Numbered from the whole stretch's first letter, positions 37,336-50,951 are shown. The stretch: DNA of 63,191 nucleotides, filler included, from Rhabdomonas costata (GCA_019059605.1; 38 parts of 38 records of this genome joined end to end with filler, not necessarily neighbours in it), one strand, 5' to 3'. Translations and numbers: made by a program. Notes: generated by a model not told the origin, from the sequence alone.

Positions 37336-37584
37336 CTGAAAGCTGGGCCACCTTGATTTCGTGCTTGTCCAACCCCTTTTTCTTGAAGCAGCAGAACAGA
37401 ATCTTTCGCAAACTGAAAACCATGAGAAAAAGAAGCCCCCCACGAGCACAAATGCGATTAAAGAGGTAGTATTCTGCCAAACACACACACACACATGCCT
37501 AGGCTTAAACCCGTCAATTACGCTTGGAATGCTACGTTCGCAATCCGCCCGGGAAAAGAGGATCAGCTCTTTGTCGACAAAATC
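37336..37584 (-). CDS. TOP2: DNA topoisomerase II fragment; exons 37499-37584, 37336-37412
   Basis: DFVDKELILFSRADCERSIPSVIDGFKPS|LRKILFCCFKKK..EIKVAQLSG, the canonical type IIA motif. Confidence 0.95.
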
Positions 37585-38323
37585 CTGAAAAAGAGAAATG
37601 CACCTGCGTTTCAAGAAACAAAGCAAAAAAAAGATTTCGCTAAAAGACGGCCAAGTTTTTGACACGCGGCAAATATGTGTCTCAGCACACCTTTATGCGC
37701 AAATGCTTTTGGGTGTAGTCCACGCAGCTACCTTCCGCGTATGCAGTGAGCCACCTGCGGACACAAAAGACAACACAAGAAAGGGTGAGATATGCTCGGG
37801 GTAGACGGATACTGTATGCTGCTTCGCGACATACTTTTGACACTTGGGAGACAAGCACACGAGTGCTGGGTGTGGAGAACACCAGATTAGACTAACATAT
37901 TACAAAGAGTGGGAAAAAATGGAGGAGACCACAGACCGCAGTGGCCCACATAAGCATACGTTTTGCGGTCATCAACGCGCTGCCTGTCAAACGCGAGCAG
38001 AATGCTGTCGGAATCCTCAGGCGGGAGATAATCGAAGACGATTCTGATAATATAAAGCAAAAGGAACCATGAGCACCTCAGAACGCGCCAGAATCCAATG
38101 ATATGTTTAACAAGCAACGAAGAGCTTCCTAACAGTTCAGAGCGCGCGCACGAATGGGGGGTGCAAGCAGTTTGCAAATACCTGCTACATTACCACCAGG
38201 CCCCATCATAGGACACAACCACCNNNNNNNNNNNNNNNNNNNNNNNNNNNNNNNNNNNNNNNNNNNNTTAATTAATTAANNNNNNNNNNNNNNNNNNNNN
38301 NNNNNNNNNNNNNNNNNNNNNNN

Positions 38324-39622
38324 GGGGGGGTGGTATCGTTTTGCGGCAGGGTGCCCTGCCCCCCGGTGGAGCTGGCCAGAAGGCGCCCAGAGGCGGCGTC
38401 TACGGCGAAGATCACGGTGCCCGAGAACAGCGGCATGGCGAGCTGAGGAGGACCACACACATACATACACACACACACACACACTAGCTCAACAAGAACC
38501 TGCTGTGGTGGCCTTTCTACCTCAAACGACGGCAGGGTAGTTTCACGGGATGTTCGGATCACGTCTCTCTGCTGGACGGAGGTTGTCCGGCATACGTACG
38601 CAGGAAAAATGGAAGCACTTGCAACTCACCAAACGCGCAAATCAGGCATGACCTTAGTTGAGGTCTTTCGGCGCTAGTGCGTTTATGCCCCCCCCCTCAT
38701 TAGGATAGTTCCGTTCCACTCTATTTGAGCAGATAACTAGTGCTGTTGCGGGCCTCTTCCTGAGAGGGCAGAGGGTAAGGTGGCGATGGGTATGAGTCCT
38801 CTGGGATTGCTATAAAAGCTTTTGCGGGGAGCTTAGGAGGCGATGCGCGTGTCCCCAGGTACTTTTTCCAGGATGTCCTGAACCGCGGAGCGCAGCGGAG
38901 AGTTGCTTTCATTCTGTCGGACATGTATGCACAGGTGATAGCGCATTGGGGGAGAACCTATGCCGGTTTTCCTTTTTCACACACACACACACAGATACAA
39001 ATGGTTGTTGGCACACCAGCGTAGGAATGAACCAACCAACCCACAGATCTTTATGCAAAAGCTTGAGCGGGAGCAAAATTCACGTCGCTAAAGAGCTGCT
39101 GCCGAACAAAGGGAGGTGGAACTCCTGGGCTGTTCTTTTCGGCAACAAGTGGGAAGCTGAAAAAGCCTTGAACAAGCCAGCTGGGCAGGTCCCCTTAACT
39201 CAGAGGTATTACCATGCGCAAATTATAGCAAGAGTCCAAACCGGACAGGTTTGCTCGTGTTATGATACGTACTCCGGTCGTCTTAGTGGTAGCCGCGCCA
39301 GGTGCTCCAGGGTGGCTCCGGCCCCACGGCAACTTAATGCACAGATCTAGGGGTCGGCAGACAGCGATAGATGGGTACTCCTGGAAGAACTGAAAAAGGA
39401 CGAAAAAGGAGAGCCCACCTGACGAAGAAGGCTCTCTACGTGTTGAAGCGCGAAGAATGTTGCGGCGACAGCCACCACAGGTCCGACGCCTTGGTGCCGC
39501 ACGGGAGCTACGATGGGCACGGTGAGGGTGGTGGTCCAGCCCCCTGCCCAGGGTGTTACCCCAAGGAAGGTCTGCCCCACGGTGACGCTGTACCTCGAGC
39601 TCACGCCGGCTTGGTACCAGAC
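38324..39622 (-). CDS. Cache-like extracellular sensor domain; exons 39419-39622, 38324-38442
   Basis: WYQAG..TLTVPI..VVAVAATFFALQHVESLLRQ|LAMPLFSGTVIFAVDAASGRLLASS. Phase-0 GT-AG intron. Confidence 0.65.
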
Positions 39623-39989
39623 CTTTGACACACACGCACACACAGGCAACTTCCCCTCATGTGGAAAACCAGCCGAAGCCTGCACAAGCCTACACCAGAA
39701 CCTGCCATAGGGCCTTCCTTGCATTCGGTGACGTCATGGCGAAAACCCTGTGCATTAAAAGAAATACTCCCATTATTACACAAGCCCTTGAAAACACAAG
39801 CCGAGAAAAAACGAAAGAAAAAGGACCTCAGACACTGCCAGGTTTAAAAAAAAATAGTTTGAACACCCCCCATGCCTCGCCCACAAAACNNNNNNNNNNN
39901 NNNNNNNNNNNNNNNNNNNNNNNNNNNNNNNNNTTAATTAATTAANNNNNNNNNNNNNNNNNNNNNNNNNNNNNNNNNNNNNNNNNNNN

Positions 39990-40375
39990 GGGTGGGTTGG
40001 TTCTAGGTGCTCCTCCCTCAGGTGCGCAAAGGGACACCTTTGGAACCTGCATGCCGTCCCGTGCCAACATCGCACTCCTGGGGCGCACGTGCTCGTCTTC
40101 CACCTGCTCTGGGCTGCGGCTTTCATGTCTAGCCCCTGGGAGTCTCGGGGGTCTCTTTCCTGCTGTCGGCCTCTCCTGCTCTGCGTCTCTGTTCTCCCTG
40201 GATGCTCCATGCTTGATCCCCGCCACCCTCTTTCTCCGCCCCTTCTCTGCTCTCGACTCCTGGCCCTCTCTCCCACGTTCCTTGCCTCTCTCACTCCTTC
40301 CCGTTGTTGTTGTACTCTCTCTGGCGGTACTTCCTTCGAATGACGACTTTGGTTTTTGGCGGGTGCTGTCCCCAT
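39990..40375 (-). CDS. basic low-complexity ORF with a CCCH zinc finger (host gene or retroelement ORF1)
   Basis: CWHGTACRFQRCPFAH = C-x5-C-x4-C-x3-H, preceded by an Arg/Glu-rich tract. Confidence 0.45.
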
Positions 40376-41457
40376 TTTCGGCTTTTGGCCTATCCTCCTT
40401 CACCCGCGGAGGACCTGGGGTTGGGATTGGTTGCCTCTTCTTTCTGGTCATCGCTGACCTTTGTGGAGGGCCCCTGGGGTGAATACCCCTCCCACCTTCC
40501 TCGCTGCTGCCACATCCCTCAGCCCCGAGAGGCGGCGGGGCTGATTATCAAGTGTACAGTGCAGTCGCGGGTTTTTTTTCGTCTTTCTTGGGGCGGGCCG
40601 TGTTGCCGCGGCTGCGCCGCGTTGACGCCACCTTGGCTCGCTCGCGGTGATGGTGGATGTGCTTGTATGTGTATCTGTGCTTATCTGTGAAAAACACCAG
40701 GAAGAGGCACATAATGAACAGAGCTAGTCGAGCAGACGGTCCCCCTACGAGCTCCCCAGAAAGGTCCCAGAGGCCCAAGCAAGACGAGTTCACGATTTTG
40801 ATTCTCCCGAAACCGCCCACACATTCCTCCCCTCTTGATGTGCTTCTTGATGTCCCCTTCTCGAAATAAAAGGCTTGTCAATCCTTGAAAAACACACTGA
40901 TGAAAGGCAAGGCCAAAAAATAGATCGAAAACACTGAACCTCCGGAACTAGCTAGCAAAGTCATGGAAAAGCAAACGAGGCATCAGAAGAACAGATGCCG
41001 TGGCCGAACGATCTGACACCACCCAGCGGTCTTGACGCAGGAAAAATCAAGGGACGGCTAGGAAGAGCCAGTTTGATTCTTCAGAGAGACCGCAGAGGGG
41101 CCAGCCGACAGAGTGAACAGCGCCAGGACCTCCTCCATGGTTGTGCAAAACTGCAAAAAGCAAGACTGAGTGACCTAGCCAATACCACGTAAGGAAGGTG
41201 TAATGATAATGTGAGGAAGTCGAGGAAAAATCATACGAGCTCAGCACTCAATGGAAGTGCATAAGAAGAAAGGGCTAAAAACTACTGCGGAGGCGAAAGG
41301 GCCGATGACGATGGTAGTAACCTCATCCTGCGAAAAAATGGACGCTCCCCGTTGTCCCAGTCGTGATCCGAAGGCGAGACAGGGAGGGGGGATTACCCTC
41401 GGAACAGAGCCTCGATGCCTTTCAACCCGAGGGCATCCTCTGTGAACCTTCATGGGC

Positions 41458-41550
41458 GGGGTAACAAAAAGGAGCAAGCAACGGATCCATATGTATGAAA
41501 CCAATAGAAGAGTCTGAGGCTGTTTGATGCTTGCTCCTTTTTGTTACCCC
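41458..41550. repeat. 23-bp perfect inverted repeat with 47-nt spacer at a contig end
   Basis: GGGGTAACAAAAAGGAGCAAGCA (41458-41480) and TGCTTGCTCCTTTTTGTTACCCC (41528-41550). Confidence 0.9.
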
Positions 41551-41849
41551 ACCCCNNNNNNNNNNNNNNNNNNNNNNNNNNNNNNNNNNNNNNNNNNNNT
41601 TAATTAATTAANNNNNNNNNNNNNNNNNNNNNNNNNNNNNNNNNNNNNNNNNNNNGGGTTGGTGTTCTTGGATTTCGAAGCTTTGTAGGTATGTATGGTG
41701 TGGCTTGTGTGTGGGTCTTCCTTTTCCCTGTGCATGTTACGCCTGCTAACTTTCGACCCAAGGAGCGGTCGCAAGGTTCTCTCCGACTTATTGTTTGAGA
41801 AATTGAAAGAGCTAACTCGTTCGTTCGCCAGCACGCGCTGGTGGGTTCC

Positions 41850-42200
41850 AAAACTCCTCTTTCTGTTTTCCTTGCCATCGTTTCGGGGGCGGGATGAGCA
41901 TCTCGGCTCGCCTGGCGATATCCGGAGATATTTTGTAAGGAGTTTGTGTTCGAGCCTGAGTTGGACCGAAGATGGGTTAGGGGTTTGAAACTGACGCTGC
42001 GGGTAATATGGCATATTTACTTTAAATTGAGGTTATTGGCCGCTTTCCGGCTTCTTGGCGTATCGCTGCGTCTGGTTGTAAGGCCTTGGAGGGCGCCTTT
42101 TTGAGGGCTCTTCCAGAGACGTGGGCGTACCCTTTTGAATCTGCAGGTCTGGACACGTGTGATCCTAACCTTTGCCCAAGAGGTGATTAGCATATTGAAG
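41850..42200 (-). mobile_element. possible decayed APE endonuclease of a non-LTR retrotransposon
   Basis: Across frameshifts: LITSW (about 42180), DAAIRQEA (42047-42072) and NISGYR (about 41920), in APE motif order. Confidence 0.3.
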
Positions 42201-45200
42201 TGCAGATACGTCACGCTTCCATCCGAGTTAGCCGGAATGTTTCGGTTTCTTGATATCTGAAAGGCTTTTTACTAAGATTGGTAGATGGATGTTTCCTTTG
42301 TCCCCAATTAACGCAGGCCGCGTTCGGTTTCCTTTTCGGCGGCTGAAATCATCCGCTTCTGCCTCCCCTGCACTCGCCATTTGACATAGCGGAGGCTCTG
42401 GTTTATCTCACAGGGGAGTCCTCCTGTCCCTCGGCAACCCGCCATGGCAGTTGTGTCAGCATCGAGGGCTCGGCCAGCACGGCCAACCTTCTGCTTCCTC
42501 CGAAAATGGATGGCACCGCGTCTCTGCCGGGGTTGGACCGGAGGACTTCCTTCCCTGTACCCGACTAGCAACTCATACCGTCTTTTCCGTGCTTTGGAGT
42601 TTTGGAAGTGGAGCCCCAATTGGTCACTTCAGGCTTTGGGGAGATGAACCTCCTTCCTTCTCTAGCTTATTGTATCAAAAACCTTTTGGTGGTGGGATGT
42701 GCCGTGGCGGGGGGTCAGTTTTTTTTTAGGCCTTGCCTTTGCTGCTTCGGGTTCGCCAGGTATCCACCCAATCTACCCTAGTATCTCTTGAAGAGTCGTC
42801 TGTTTTTGCTTTTTGGTTTGTTGCGGGCGGCTGGTCGGCCGGTGGGGGTGGCCAGAAGTCAGCACACGAGTGGCCGTGCACACCTGAGCGCCTTCCCGGC
42901 CCTGCGTTTGCGTGGCCCTCTATGCTGAGTCTATTGTGTCGGGAAGCAGGTTTGCGAACCGGTCGTTCTGATCTTAAATGTGCCTTGTCTTGCTCCGGCA
43001 AGGATTCTGTGGACTTGAGATTGGCCCGTTTGCGGGAGGCATTTTGGCCGTGGGACTTCTCGCGTTTCGGGCTATTTGCTGTTATTATTTATGCCGCTTC
43101 ACCTCGAACCCCAATTCCGTCTCCGCCATGCCCCGAAGGCCTTGACTTGTTTCGGATATGCTAAGGCGCACATCAGATCACTGGAAAAGTAGCCGGAGAA
43201 GATACCAGCGTTCCGTTGTTGNNNNNNNNNNNNNNNNNNNNNNNNNNNNNNNNNNNNNNNNNNNNTTAATTAATTAANNNNNNNNNNNNNNNNNNNNNNN
43301 NNNNNNNNNNNNNNNNNNNNNGTCAATTCGCACGACAGAAAAGAAAGTGCAAATTGAAATGCTGCAAGGAAAGGGAAGAAAACGAAACGGGGGTGGCGTG
43401 GCAGTTCAGCACTGCAAGTTGAACAGACAGAACCTGAGTGAGGCTTTGAAAGGGATCGAAGTCCAGTCTGGAGCGAAAGCTGCGAAGTGAACAACAAGCA
43501 GTCCAATGAACCATTACCATTTACAGCCCTGCTTCCCACGAGTGATTGCATCCGATTGTCATTGTACACCTAGCAGTGACCGCAAAACATTCTGTTCTCC
43601 GACCTGTCGGCATCACAGCAACATCATAGAACTTCTTGTCTGCAAATGTTTTCAAACCGGACTTTTTGTCATCAAACCCGGCTGCATATGAGAAAGACTG
43701 TTTCGTTCAGGACCGCAAAAAAATATATCGTCTTTGCGGAGGTATTCAAACAGAACAAAGGTATTCAAAGAACAAGGGAAACCATACCACCCAGGAGACT
43801 CAAGGCGAGCCTTCTGTCCAGCGACGAACCTCTCGAGCAGGTGCCGCAATGCGGATGCCTCCCTATGGGGGAAGGGGAGACGTAAGGCGGGTGCAACAAA
43901 TGACATCCGGAGGCATCTGGGGTAGGACAATTTGCGATTCCACTTCAACTTTGCAATCACACTCAATTGCGATACTTCAGAACCTTACCATCGAAACACA
44001 GCAAGCCGACGCTCGCTGTGTTTTCCACCACAACAGCTGAGGAAAACACCACAGCTTTTCGTACCGCATTCCATCACTGCAGCGCAAAAACCTTTGGATG
44101 ACAATTCCTCGGTTGGCCTCCTCGGCGGAGAGCAGAGCCTCCAGCTCAACCTCCAGCAGCATGGCAGCCTCCACTCTGGCGCGAAGCAAGGAACCCATAA
44201 TTGCATGGAGAGCAGTGTCCAGGAGATCAAATGTGCACACTTCCCAGCTCGACTTGAGTAAAGACGATGCACATAGTGCAGAAAGAAATCACCCAGGCTC
44301 CCCTTCCAGTGATGAAGTTTAACTTTTGTTCATGGGGTCGGTTCTTGAAGATTCGTTTTTGTTTAAGTCCTGATTCTTAATTCGCCTCATACACGAGCGC
44401 AAATAACTTCCAAATCACATGTCCATCTCACAAGTCCGTTTGAGTTTGAGGGGAATGTGAAATGGGGCGTTGCTTGATGCCGACAAAAAACACAGAAAAC
44501 GGCACCAAACTTTTACAGTAGCATGCAAACAGTGAGCCACAGGACTGGGAAGGCATACTGTCCGATTCGCTCCTCCAGCTCCCGCTCCAGTGCGGCAATT
44601 CCTGCAGCATGCAGGCTGAGCAGCGACGCCCAGGCATTCTGGAAAAGGGACAATATTTCAGCGCGATGGAGGGGCTTGGGGCACACGAAAACGAAAGCCA
44701 GAACAACTGCCCCATCTGGACGGGGGCTGTTCCCACCCAGTCCAGAGTGCCTGTCTTTTGTGTGCAGCAGAGGCTTCCACGACGGGATATCCAGCGTATG
44801 TCCAGCTGTCTCAAGCCCATTTCTTCGCTTCCATGAAACTAATGCACACCAAAGCTATACTACAGCTACCTGTATTCCCACACCCCCNNNNNNNNNNNNN
44901 NNNNNNNNNNNNNNNNNNNNNNNNNNNNNNNTTAATTAATTAANNNNNNNNNNNNNNNNNNNNNNNNNNNNNNNNNNNNNNNNNNNNTGTTTGTTGTCAA
45001 TCATGTATTGGATAATGAATAATATAACTTGTTCCTGGTAGGCAAAATGGTCGGACAGTAATACATAATTATGGTTCACAGCCGCTTCCAGAAAAGCGGG
45101 AGCTTAGTGTGGTGTACGAGATGTCAGCCACTTGCAAATCCAAGGGAACATTAACAAGCGGCTTTTACTCAGTGAAACTAACTGAAAACACTGGGGAACG

Positions 45201-47529
45201 ATAAAGAGGAGGTCTCTGCTGACATGTAAGTCTCAGAGCCGTATTACATGAACCTATTACTTATTAGTTACTGGCCAGATGTTACTGTGCGTTTCTCCGT
45301 AAGTTCAACCCGTCCATTCATTGTAGGTGTTGAATTTGCGGAGGAAGATGTAAAATAGCGCGATGGAAATTGGCGTAGAGATAATCCGCAGAAACATCAT
45401 GAAGGATAATTCACCAAGCCCCTGCAATAAAGGCGGACTTATTGCGTTACCATCAAAGTATTACCGTAGCATTACTGTAGTAGTATTACCGTTCGCCACT
45501 TTCTCCTGCAAACACTTTATAACCTGCCTCGCTAAGCGTGCATAAATAGCAGGTGATATGCCAAGGAGAAGCCAAAGCGAAATAAAAATGTAAAATGGAT
45601 GTTCCCTTGGTCGCTTTGGCCGCCGCCGAAATTACGACGACGGCTTTAGAAGATCTTGACCACGAAGCACGCGAAGCCTGAAGCCAAGGAACCCCAGGGG
45701 TAGCGCAAGGCAGTAGCAGCAGCGGAAGACCTGACGACCACAAAAGGTTAAAAAGGCGATCTTTTAATTTTTGCTTGCGATGGCACGAACTCTTTGGCTG
45801 ATGCGCGTGCTGTTTTCACCTTTTCCAATGCAAGGCTTCATTCGCCGAGCCGCGGAAGCAGAGGAAGCATGAGGGAGACCGGTTGTGGCAGAGTGAGCTT
45901 TGCTGAAAGATTCCCATGAACGCTTCGCTGCTCCGAAGATGGTGTTTGTTTTTGGGTGTTTCAACACATTGCGTCAGGTAGTGGTAGGACAATGATTGAT
46001 CATGTTCAGCGTCAATAAGGCGCAAAACTGCGCTTTAATAACATTTTGTATGTCTTCACTTCGTTAGACTTAGTCTCTTAGTCTCCAGCCTCCGCTCCTC
46101 TTGCGCCGGCACATGACACCACCCGCGTCTATCGATTAACGCCTCTCCGGCGCCTTTGGTTTCTTTCAGAGTTTGGCGACATGCTTCTGGCCCTGGGAAA
46201 ACCCTTGGCTTCATCTCGTAAACGCCGCTTTGCGAAGCCTTGGTTTGGGAAATGTTGGGTGAGAACAATTTCGCAAGCGGCAACGGAAGGGAACCACGGT
46301 AGAAGATTTGGCGTCTACCGACAAAGTAAGATCCGATCATAAAATCAGATGAAAAACCTTACAACTTTAAAACCTTATAAATTTATAACGCCCGTAATGA
46401 TAAAAGAAAACCCAATATCCGGGGTTTTGGCTTTGTCACTTTTCCGAACGCCCCCACCGATAGGGCGCAAAAAGTGCCAAAGCCCAACGGGAGTCAATCA
46501 CCACACCCAGGGGTCATTTAAATTCCCGCGCCATACCATTGGCCAACCCAACCNNNNNNNNNNNNNNNNNNNNNNNNNNNNNNNNNNNNNNNNNNNNTTA
46601 ATTAATTAANNNNNNNNNNNNNNNNNNNNNNNNNNNNNNNNNNNNNNNNNNNNGGGTGTTTGTTGGCGGCTGTCCGTGGTGGAGACTAGGAGGTACCGAG
46701 AGTTGGGCGAGAACACCACCCATGTTGCGGGCACGGCCTGCGTGGAATTTCCCCCACTCATCCCATAGTTTCACAAGCGACAGCACCCAAACCCACTCAT
46801 AAGCGAAACAGTGGATGTCGTTTCGACAATGGTCGAATCAAGATAGCTGGGACAACCGATGCGCACAAGAAAAAATACCTTGAGCAATCTGTAAATGAAT
46901 GACGGAGACACGGAGTAATGGAGAAAGGTGGGGGAGTTGGAGACTGTCACACTGCAGACCTTGGAAATGTCGCGAAGCCCCTTGCGCACGATTGTCCTCA
47001 GACAGTGGCCTGAGCATGCAAAAAGGTAACAGGCGGAGCTTCCCGCAGCACGTGAAATACCTGCAAGCGCGGAAACTACCCCACAATCCAGTCATCTTGA
47101 GGGGTTAGGGAATGCTATTTTTGGGCTTCCGTTTCCTTGTTTCAACGTTTTAACAGATTTTGATAGTTTATGGTAACGGGGGGGGGCACAGGGCAAAAAA
47201 TCCGCGCTCAACTCGGGAAAAAGTGCAACGAAAGATCTCGTGCTTTCTTGCCTGTACGGGGGGGGGGCAGATCACGGATGAAGGACTTGTAAGACGAATT
47301 ATCACCTCTTTGCCATGAGCTGCCACCCATTTCTCACGGACGCCACAGGTCAGCTTTTTGAACACGATAATCACAAATATTTTTCAGCGTGCTTCCATAT
47401 TTTCTGACGCCCGCGTCACTCAAGTAACCGCAATGGCCCCTAAACCACAGCTCCAAAGAAGAAGCGGTGAATGGGAGGTGGGAATGCCAGAGTAGGGGGA
47501 CAGTAGGGACTGAGAGGAAAGACACGCAC

Positions 47530-47698
47530 CGGTTAGGGTGTCCCACAGCCGCACCAGGCCGTCGTAGGAGGCGGAGGCCAGCAGAGCGGCATCCAGGCTG
47601 AAGTCCACCGCGGTGACGGGCAGCACATGGGCGGCCAGGCAGCGCAGCGGGGCTCCCCGAAGAGTCTCCCAGAGCCGAACCGTCTCATCAAACGAGCC
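47530..47698 (-). CDS. WD40-repeat exon, WDR5/Swd3-like
   Basis: GSFDETVRLWE..LAAHVLPVTAVDFSLD..LASASYDGLVRLWDTLTG, with TAG acceptor and GT donor. Confidence 0.85.
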
Positions 47699-48742
47699 CT
47701 ATGCCGAAAAAAACAACAGTAAAGAGCAAAAGTGGTGGACCAGTAATCCTTTTCACGGAGTGAAGGAGGTTATCATATTGACCATCATGATAATTACCAT
47801 CATGACCATCATTACCATGTTCTTCTTCTTAAAGAAAAGAAGGGATATTGCTTGCGACAGGTTCTGAGTCTCCGCCCAGATTGAATGATGGCACGCACAT
47901 CACGGCTAATGTCAAATTCCCATTTGTGATCACCAGTGGCGATGATTACCGCTGTCCTCCCCCCTTCAAGCATTATGCACAGAAAGAGCGACACGCGCAG
48001 GAACGTGCACAGTCAAGAGGCACACCCATACCTTGCGGGTGTGTGTGTGACTGGTTCCTTTACGGGCTGAATTTTCCTTCATTCGTCCTTCGTTTGTTGT
48101 CGGTGGCTTTCACTGCCCTTCGGGACCCCGACAAGCCCTATGTAAGGTATAAGGTATCAGAAAAATCCAACAAACTCTCTGTCACCCGAAACCCCCGGCC
48201 GAAGCGCTCCCCAACCCCNNNNNNNNNNNNNNNNNNNNNNNNNNNNNNNNNNNNNNNNNNNNTTAATTAATTAANNNNNNNNNNNNNNNNNNNNNNNNNN
48301 NNNNNNNNNNNNNNNNNNTTTTTTTGGGAAGGAGACGGTTTGCCCACCCACTCCCCGTACCCACCCGATATGTATCCATAATTCCGGTGTGTAATTGAAT
48401 GACGAGCGCAGTCAGGGATGTGGTTAACTTTAACCTAATGGAGCTTTCTTCCAAAACCGTAGTACTGTGAAGCAGCATCCCGAAGGACCTGTGTTCTGGT
48501 ACCGAAACAGTCTGCAGGTCTAGGCTGTTGAGGGGGCCTGACATGGGTCTAGTTTTGCAATGCTTTGCAACGCGGAGGTTTTTCATCCTTCCAGTCTTTT
48601 TTTTAATTTGGTTTTATTTTTCGCTGCCTTTGTGCGGTGCGTGTGTGTATTTGCGCATTAGCACCATACTGTTGTCGCCGGGCTAAAAGTGGCGTGTTTG
48701 TGTGCTTGCGAAGGGTGTTTGTGGTGGGTGGGTGCGGGTTAG

Positions 48743-49545
48743 GAGGCCGAGGGCCACGACTTCCTGAACTACCAGGACGCCTTCCTCGCCCATCTCGCGC
48801 ACACCGCGCCCCTGCCCGAGGGCACGCTGACCCTGACCAAGCTGGGGGTGAAATTCACGGACTGGCGAAAGGGCGGGGCCTACGCTGGCCGCGTGGTGCC
48901 CGAGTTCACCGACGAGTTTGCAGACTGGATGAAGGTCAGTGTGTGAATGTGCCTTTTACCCCCACCCCACTGCCCATTTGTGGCCTGTCGTCATCGAGCC
49001 AAACTGGGCTGATTCAATTTTTCCTCAATTCTCTCTCCACCACCACCCCATCCCAGCGTCAGCACAGGTGGCGTCAAGGACCTCCTTCTCTCTCACAATT
49101 GTTGGCGAATCCATGGGACCCATTGATTTTTTTTTGTAGATATCGGTCTAATCCGATCCCAACGTCTCTGCTCTGCGTACTGCAGTGGATACAATGGGAG
49201 TACAATAGTACAGTGTCTACAGCCAACGTGACCAGCAAGGCTTCTACCACCATTAGTATTCCCCGTTGATTGCCCAGGCCAGAGAAAGGATTGGAAGATC
49301 AGATCTCGCTCAAGTTGGACACTTTGTACAAATCCTTCACGGCGACGTCTAAAAAAGAATACGTTTGTGTTTTTTTAGGGACCACGTGGCGAGTCTTTAG
49401 CCATCGCCACCCCACGCCCTATTCGGCTTTGCTTACTGCGCAGGAGTTTGCGAGGCAGCAGCAACAGGACGAGGAGGACATTGGGGATCCGCAGGGAGAG
49501 AACCCTACTGCCACTCAGCCAGCGTCGTCCAGCGAAGCACTTTAG
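48743..49545 (+). CDS. 3' end of unknown spliced gene; exon 48743-48934 and last exon 49444-49545
   Basis: High-GC3 exon EAEGHDFLNYQDAFLAHL..EFADWMK between AG and GT, and an acidic terminal exon ending in TAG. Middle exons are ambiguous. Confidence 0.55.
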
Positions 49546-49984
49546 GCCCCGCTTGGCGGGTGAGCGGTGGATGCGCCCACCTTTTTCGACGCTCTGTTAC
49601 TCTCGTGTTCCACCCCCTTTTTGTGTACTGCGAGGAATCGCATATAGAGTGTACATAGAACAGTGAACAAAGATCGTTGCAGTAACCACCACAGCTGTGC
49701 GGTGCTGGTGCTGCTCTGCCGCTGCCGCGGTCCTGTGGAGGCTGAAGGGCGGTTAAGCTGAGATAAAAGGGCTATGTGCCAGCAGGAGCGGCGGATCACG
49801 TGAGAAAAAGAGGGCGCACTTTTTGCATGATGAAAATCGCCATGGTCAGGTCCGATGCATTGACCCACATTCGAACCACCCACCNNNNNNNNNNNNNNNN
49901 NNNNNNNNNNNNNNNNNNNNNNNNNNNNTTAATTAATTAANNNNNNNNNNNNNNNNNNNNNNNNNNNNNNNNNNNNNNNNNNNN

Positions 49985-50951
49985 AGATCAGTGCGGCTCG
50001 CATCAGCCCCCGGAAAAGGTCCCCGTAGACGTCGTCATATGCCACAAACACGACGCAGTACATCGGCATCTTTATTGAGAGACACGGGAGCGGGTGGCGG
50101 GGAGGCGCGTGCATTGGAAGCACAGAGAGAATAATCGCAAGTCGGAAATGGAAGCGAAAGAGGCGATGGAAGGTCGCCGATCGAAAAGGCCCATTGCTCT
50201 TCGGGACACCGCAAATGGGCTCCAACGGTTCTTTACGGATTTCAAGGGTTTCATTCTTGTGAAACCCGCCGTGAGGATAGTTAAAAGAAGATGTGTGCAT
50301 TAGGGACCTGGTAGACGTCGCTGAGCCCAAGGTCAATGTTGCCAGCCAGCATTATGCCCTTCGTGCCACCATAATAGTAATCCTGCAAGAGCCACACGCA
50401 TATGTGTTCAGGAGGGCGCAAACAAAGATAAAAAGCAAAAATAAAAAGCACCCTATGTCAAACAATGCAGCGAAGGTGACATGAAGCCAGGATTGGATCC
50501 AGTTATCCCATGATTCGAAAAACCTTTTGTTTGGAAAGACATGATCCCCTCCTCCCCTCCCAACGTGGACTTGCTGCAATCCAATGAGAACCACCACCAC
50601 CAAAATGGGCAAGCGCGAATGACGCAACATGTGCCAATACATACGTAGGTCTGTGTGGAGGTCAGTGTCGATAGGTTGTAGCAATGGAGAGACATGAGCA
50701 AACGGCCTCCTTCAGAAATCATCGGCACAGCCTAAGACAGAGGCAGCAGAAGAAAGGAACCTGCACCCTTTGGGAGGTGCGAGGGCAATCTCAGTAGGAA
50801 GGTGCGCGAGCACCCCCCACCGGACACACCGTCAGCTCCCATATTGCGAACCAGGTCTCCAACGCTGAGTTATATATCCCAAAAGGATACCGGTTGGTAT
50901 CCACCGAAGCTGCAAGCAAGGAGCCGTTCTGAGTGACGATGGCCCACTTCC
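49985..50951 (-). CDS. Cache-like sensor region leading into a probable TM helix; exons 50830-50951, 50645-50731, 50308-50382, 49985-50069
   Basis: GKWAIVTQNGSLLAAS...MPMYCVVFVAYDDVYGDLFRGLMRAALI. Three consecutive phase-0 GT-AG introns. Confidence 0.6.

Noticed and set aside
45486..45743. FYFALASPW as a DsbA/kappa-GST motif
   Set aside because: The similarity is too short and the flanks do not fit.
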